Shown: positions 59,259 to 64,000 of the stretch, piece after piece | How positions within the stretch are numbered: position 1 is the first letter of the stretch | Layout: the number at the start of each line of letters is the position of its first letter | Source of the DNA: Lophium mytilinum | Taxonomy: Eukaryota | Reading direction: 5' to 3' | Length of the DNA: 64,000 nt | Assembly: GCA_010093605.1 (NCBI GenBank) | Contig: MU004188.1 | Location: 1,243,673-1,307,672 of the forward strand | Program-made: the position numbers and the translations under genes | The notes under the pieces: generated by a model | Databases searched by the model: none | What the model was told of the DNA's origin: nothing | Seen by the model: the letters and a program-made list of their open reading frames with translations, nothing else

Positions 59259-59474
59259 CTACTGCTCCAACTCCAACGCCAACCCCACCTGATGCCCGCC
59301 CGCCTTCACTTGCGGCACCACCCTGTCCCCAGCCTCGCCCTCCGTCCCCGTCGGTATGATCGTAGGCTCCGAGGCAGCAGATTCCGGCGGAGAGGCCTCG
59401 CCCGTCGCAGAGGCAATGGGATGCCGCACCCAGCGCCAGGCCCACGCGAGCCAGGTCTCCGGTTCATTCGTCAT
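59259..59474 (-). CDS. Possible 71-aa small protein preceded by a 5'-UTR intron
   Basis: A gtaagt donor (~59558) and gctgat...ttag acceptor (~59480) lie just upstream of the ATG of MTNEPETWLAWAWRW; no homology recognised. Confidence 0.3.
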   Translation of the reverse strand: MTNEPETWLAWAWRWVRHPIASATGEASPPESAASEPTIIPTGTEGEAGDRVVPQVKAGGHQVGLALELEQ

Positions 59475-61173
59475 GCTACCTAACACATCAGCCGCAGCCC
59501 AAAAGCGAGAGAGAGATCAGAAGAAACCCTGGAAGGCCGACAAGGGAAAGATACTTACCTCACGAGCGTTGATAGAACTTAGAACAAGTTAAATAAGTAA
59601 TCAATCCAGTGAACAGATCTCGGTTCGCAACAGCCTGTTCCCGAACCGTGAAATTGAGCGGGAAAGAGGAAATGTACGCACTCTACACCTTCCAACAACA
59701 GTCGACAGGCTGCCTGCGTATGGATTTGAGAAATCCGTCCCAGATGCCCTATCTACCTACCCACCCCACCCAACCCATCCCCATGCAGCTCCTCCTCTTC
59801 CCTTCCTTTTTCCTTCCCTTTTCCACCACACCCGCCCTATCACACCCACTCCCTACGCGACCTTGCATGCCTCCAGCACGCCTCTCGCGCCGGCACCCGA
59901 TCCAGATCTAGATATCCCCACCCACCACCTCCTTAGCAATCTCAGCTCGCATGCCACCATGCCGAAAGAGTCGAGTTGGGCAGACGTGGTAGGGTCCTAT
60001 TCGCCAGGTCCCATATTATGGATCCGATCGATCTGTATGTAGATCAAGGAATGGTGAGAAAAGCGTTCGGATTTCATCACATCACCACGTCATACGTAAA
60101 GAAGCAAAGTATAGGAAGTATGTCCATTCGACGTTCTCCAGAAAGAAAGAACACGCTCACAACGCTATCTGGGCACGGCCTATAAAAACCGGAATGGGGG
60201 GGGTATGTAAACTGCACACGCAAAACCGCATCCGTCAAAGCAGCAGCTTGGTAGAAAAGTGGGTCTTTACTTCTCTTTTCCTAGGCTAGAAAAGCGCACA
60301 TGGAACAACAAGCAAGAAATCTGGGGGGAAATATGTCCCCCTCCGCCCTCCGTCCTCCTTCCTTCCAGTCATCCCACCCGCCCCTCATTTCAATCTTTCT
60401 TTCCCGTAATTAGACTCGGTATTCTCATATTTCCCCGCTGTATTCCTCTCCTTCTCTCACCGAGTGAAGAAAGAAAGACAATTTGTGTTCCCCGTCCTTT
60501 GCATCAAGAGACAGTCTTTCAATGGGTGAGACCTCAAATTATGTCGTCGAAGAAAGGAAAGTGGAAGCCCAGGGTCGGGGGTCCGCCCCCAGAAAAAAGA
60601 AGATCCCACGAAAAGCCGCTTGTGTAATAAAAAGTTGTAAAAGCCGCACCCAGACACCACGCCCAAAATATGGAGGGCGAGTGTGCGAGAGAGAAGGCCA
60701 GATTCCGGCAAAGCAAAAGACATTGTGTGAACTGTATTCAGAAGAGTTTGTGCTGGGGTGGAAAAAAAGGGTGGGCAAAATAGTACAGAAAGACATCGAG
60801 AAAGGGAGGAAGAGAGATGCCGATATCGCTGTTCTTTGTGCGAAGGGCTTTTCCGTTTCGATTTGACCATATTTTTTTCCTCGCCAGCATTGGAAAAAAA
60901 GTGGTGGGAGGGGGGGTATGAACTGGTCCAAAAGCATCGTTTCAGATCGTCTACGTAACGACATGTTTGCAACCGGAAGATGTGCAAAGAAGGCAAGAAA
61001 GCAAAGAAGTTTGTTGTATGGGGGTATGAAGCTGGGTCCGTCGTCCGAATAGCGCCAAAAAATCCGAAAAAAAGGTCGGTGTCGTGAATGTGTGGAAACG
61101 GGATGAGATTTATCGTTTGAAGATCTAGTTTGCTCCGCCTCACGAAGCCATCAACTTTGTGGTGCAAATCCAA

Positions 61174-64000
61174 CTAGAAGCAGTTGAAGTTGCTCTTGCT
61201 CTTCTTGTTTTGGTTCTTGCTTAGGATCGCCATTCGAGCCTCAAGGTGGGCACGTTCGGCCTCGACACGCATCCTGGCGCTTCGTTCTTCCTCAACAGCT
61301 TGCAGCGAGTGACGGGCGAGGCTACGCTCTTTCCTCATGGAAACAACCTCTTCCTCTAGTGTGTTGCACTTCTTCTTCCATGACTCCATCTCCGCCTTCG
61401 TCTTGGTGCTCGACGACTCGAGATCGGTCAACGCATCTTCGAGGGTAGCAGTAAGCTGCTTCTCCGCGAACAGATGTTTCTCGATGGTTCGAATGCGGGC
61501 TTCCTGATCTTCTACTAGCTGCGCATGTGCGATGTCCTTGCTCTGATGACGAGAGGTAGGCGGTGAAGGAGCGTTGACACCAGTTGGCGGAGGGCTTCCT
61601 GGAAGTGGTGGCAGAGGAATGGCTGGTGGAGGTGACGGCAAAGAAGTGTGCGACGCGCTCTTTCGGAGGTTAGAGTTTGCGGAATTCGACCGCTGGAGAG
61701 AGGCATCCCTGGGATCTAGAGACTCGCGGTGCGAATTGCGCTTTGTATCTCCAAGTTGAGACTCGAGCAGTGCGATTCTCGCCTGGGCTTCATCCAATTG
61801 TCGCTCCAGTTCATGCTTTGCTTGATTGATTCCTTCGTACTGAACTTGACGTTCGGTTTGGAGTGCAGAAAGCCTATTATTGGCCATCTCATGCTGATCC
61901 CAGTTCTGGCTGAGCTGGTCTTCCAGCTCTTGTACCAAGTTAGAGCTCTTCTTCTCCTTCTCACTGACCTTCTCAAGTTCCTTCAGAGTTTCTGCGTTGA
62001 TAGTCTTGAGTTCACCGACAGTGCTCTCTAGAGCAGTGACATTAGCCGCCGCGGTCGAGAGTTCCGCCCTGGCAGCCTCCAAGTCTTTAGAGGCTTGCTC
62101 GTGTTGAGTCATGAGTGTCTTCCTACTTTCAACCAGGGATTCAAGGTGAGACTGGAGCCTGTCCGCATCTGTGTCCTCGTTCAATATCTTGGAGGCAGCC
62201 GCTAGAAGGTTCGTCAGCGTTCCCTGAGCCTTCTCGAGCTCTGTCTGAATGACGAGTGTGCTGTCCTGGTGCTGGGACTGCGCCTTCACCAACTCCTCCT
62301 TGAGCGCAGCAGTGGCGGCAGCATGCTCGCTCAATTGGGCTGCAAGCTTCTCATTGGACTCATTCTGAGCAGCGATTAGCTGGCTCGCATGAGATTCCTT
62401 CATGGACTCAAGGCTTTGCTGGTTGATAGCCATAGCAGATTTGTGCTCCTCAAGCTGGTTCTCTAGGTTCGACACTAAAGACCGGTGTGTTCGCAATTCT
62501 TTCTCGGTGAGTTCCCTTGAATTAGAGTCCTCCTCAACCTGCTTGATGATATTGGCGTGGGACAGCTCAAGTTCGGCAAGACGAGCGGCGTTGTTAGCAG
62601 CCGTAGACTTGTGGTGATCGATCTCCTGTTGCAGGGTGGCCACAACTTCTTCATGCCGCGCTCCCGAATCTGCATTGGCGCTGTCAAGCCCTCTGGTCTG
62701 CTCCTCCAATGCCGCGCTGTGAGCATGTATGTTACGCATCTCGGTCTCCAAGTTGCTAATAGTTTCTTGTAGGTCCCTTTCAGACTGCTTCATGGATTGC
62801 ATGCTAGCGTCGTGCTTGGATTGCCACTTCTGAACCTCGTGCTGGAGTTCGATGATTTGCTTTTGATGGCTCTCGGCGTTGCCAGGTGCAAGTCCCAATT
62901 CTCGGGATGCCTCTGGGGCAGGCGTCTCGACAAACTGGCCAGGCATCGGAGATGCAGGTTCTTCCGGCAAGTTGTGGGCACGCAAAGAAGACCTGAGGCT
63001 CTCAACTTGGTTCTGCAGTTCCTGTTCCCGGCTAGAGTGGCTTTCCTTGAGCGCCTCGATCTGACCCTCGCTTTGCAATAGCTGATCGCGCATGGAAGAC
63101 ACAACAGAGATATCTAGCGGTGACGACGCTTTCAGGCTTGACCGTTCCTTTTGAAGGCCACTGATGAACTTCATCTTGGTCTCCATCTCTTTGCGCACTG
63201 ATGCAACCTCGTTTTCTAGTGCTGTGACACGCTCTGAGCGTGAGTGTAGTTCCGTCATAATGGCGTTGAGGTTCACCTCGAAATTTTGGATAACGTCGGG
63301 CTGATTTTCGAAGTTGTCGAGGGCCAGATTACGAAGCGACGCAAACGAACGATTCGCCCGATCAGTAGCAACGACGTTCTGACTTGATTTGCGACGGATG
63401 ATCTGTACTGTGGGCGAAGACGGGCGAGCCATCTGGGCCTTCTGAACTTCCGATTTCAACTCCTCGACGTAGTCAAGGGTGTCTTGGTGTTTCTCGTGTA
63501 GCTCCTCGTAACTCCGGTTGAGCTCTGCAACACGTTGCTCTTCCTCTGCATGCAGTCTCTTCAACATCTCCATCTCCTGAGCCAGTGTGGCCTCGTTCTG
63601 CGCCTCCGAGTGGTCCTCAAAACCGGTGTTAGATTGTGCTGTCTCAGCATCAGATGTGTCGGCTGTATTGAATGAGTCGTCCTCCAAATTGGAGGCACCA
63701 GTAGACTCCCCAAGCAAGGACAATTCCGATGACAAGGTCCGCGAGGATGATGGTTGTCCGTCCGCTTCTTTTAGCCCGTTCACCCCCGCGTCCGCTAAAA
63801 AAGATGTTGGTCGAGATGACGCAGAGGAAGGCGTGCGATGGCGCGCTTCATCCACGGTATCCTGTAGAGCAGCCAATGTTCGCAGCGCTTCCTGGTACTT
63901 ATTGGCGAGCTTGTCGTAATCCACGACGGTGGTTTCGTGCTCCACGCGTAGATCGAAAAGCTCCTGGGTGACATTTTCAAGCTTGTCGGCCACATACTTC
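61174..64000 (-). CDS. C-terminal coiled-coil part of a kinesin-4-like (chromokinesin) protein; 5' end outside window
   Basis: >939-aa coiled coil ending EDQEARIRTIEKHLFAEKQLTATLEDALTDLE...KKSKSNFNCF, a tail I recognise from filamentous-fungal kinesin-4 proteins. The motor domain is not in the window. Confidence 0.72.
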   Translation of the reverse strand, partial: KYVADKLENVTQELFDLRVEHETTVVDYDKLANKYQEALRTLAALQDTVDEARHRTPSSASSRPTSFLADAGVNGLKEADGQPSSSRTLSSELSLLGESTGASNLEDDSFNTADTSDAETAQSNTGFEDHSEAQNEATLAQEMEMLKRLHAEEEQRVAELNRSYEELHEKHQDTLDYVEELKSEVQKAQMARPSSPTVQIIRRKSSQNVVATDRANRSFASLRNLALDNFENQPDVIQNFEVNLNAIMTELHSRSERVTALENEVASVRKEMETKMKFISGLQKERSSLKASSPLDISVVSSMRDQLLQSEGQIEALKESHSSREQELQNQVESLRSSLRAHNLPEEPASPMPGQFVETPAPEASRELGLAPGNAESHQKQIIELQHEVQKWQSKHDASMQSMKQSERDLQETISNLETEMRNIHAHSAALEEQTRGLDSANADSGARHEEVVATLQQEIDHHKSTAANNAARLAELELSHANIIKQVEEDSNSRELTEKELRTHRSLVSNLENQLEEHKSAMAINQQSLESMKESHASQLIAAQNESNEKLAAQLSEHAAATAALKEELVKAQSQHQDSTLVIQTELEKAQGTLTNLLAAASKILNEDTDADRLQSHLESLVESRKTLMTQHEQASKDLEAARAELSTAAANVTALESTVGELKTINAETLKELEKVSEKEKKSSNLVQELEDQLSQNWDQHEMANNRLSALQTERQVQYEGINQAKHELERQLDEAQARIALLESQLGDTKRNSHRESLDPRDASLQRSNSANSNLRKSASHTSLPSPPPAIPLPPLPGSPPPTGVNAPSPPTSRHQSKDIAHAQLVEDQEARIRTIEKHLFAEKQLTATLEDALTDLESSSTKTKAEMESWKKKCNTLEEEVVSMRKERSLARHSLQAVEEERSARMRVEAERAHLEARMAILSKNQNKKSKSNFNCF

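Noticed and set aside
60259..61173. Several 100-240-aa ORFs downstream of the kinesin
   Set aside because: Low-complexity purine/pyrimidine-skewed sequence typical of a long 3' UTR, with no protein-like motifs.

Overview
Gene-dense filamentous ascomycete (Pezizomycotina) DNA with ~50-bp GT-AG introns and CTRAC/CTRAY branch sites. The first ~4.7 kb is an AT-rich, TpA-saturated relic of repeat-induced point mutation (RIP). Hand translation of its minus strand gives a Ty3/Gypsy LTR retrotransposon: putative 5' LTR, gag with zinc knuckle, -1 frameshift site, protease and an RT that runs off the left edge. Recognisable conserved genes are a WD40/Gemin5-like protein, HIR1, PUF6, TIM54, a kynurenine formamidase-like hydrolase, a DHA1 MFS transporter, SIT4/PP6, UPF3, CYP505, MCH1, RRP42 and a kinesin-4-like tail. 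The most unusual part is an accessory-looking block at ~41.7-53.7 kb. It holds a gene fusing a HeLo-like N-terminal domain to the LIM module of an Lrg1-type RhoGAP with no GAP domain. This gene lies between two co-oriented paralogues of an unrecognised two-domain family that also share an upstream sequence block, and the block includes small spliced orphan ORFs and relics. Other structures are an intact 338-bp TA-flanked MITE inside an MFS intron, a long hairpin just downstream of the WD40 gene, and several decayed repeat or pseudogene remnants. All calls come from reading the sequence by eye; no database searches were run.
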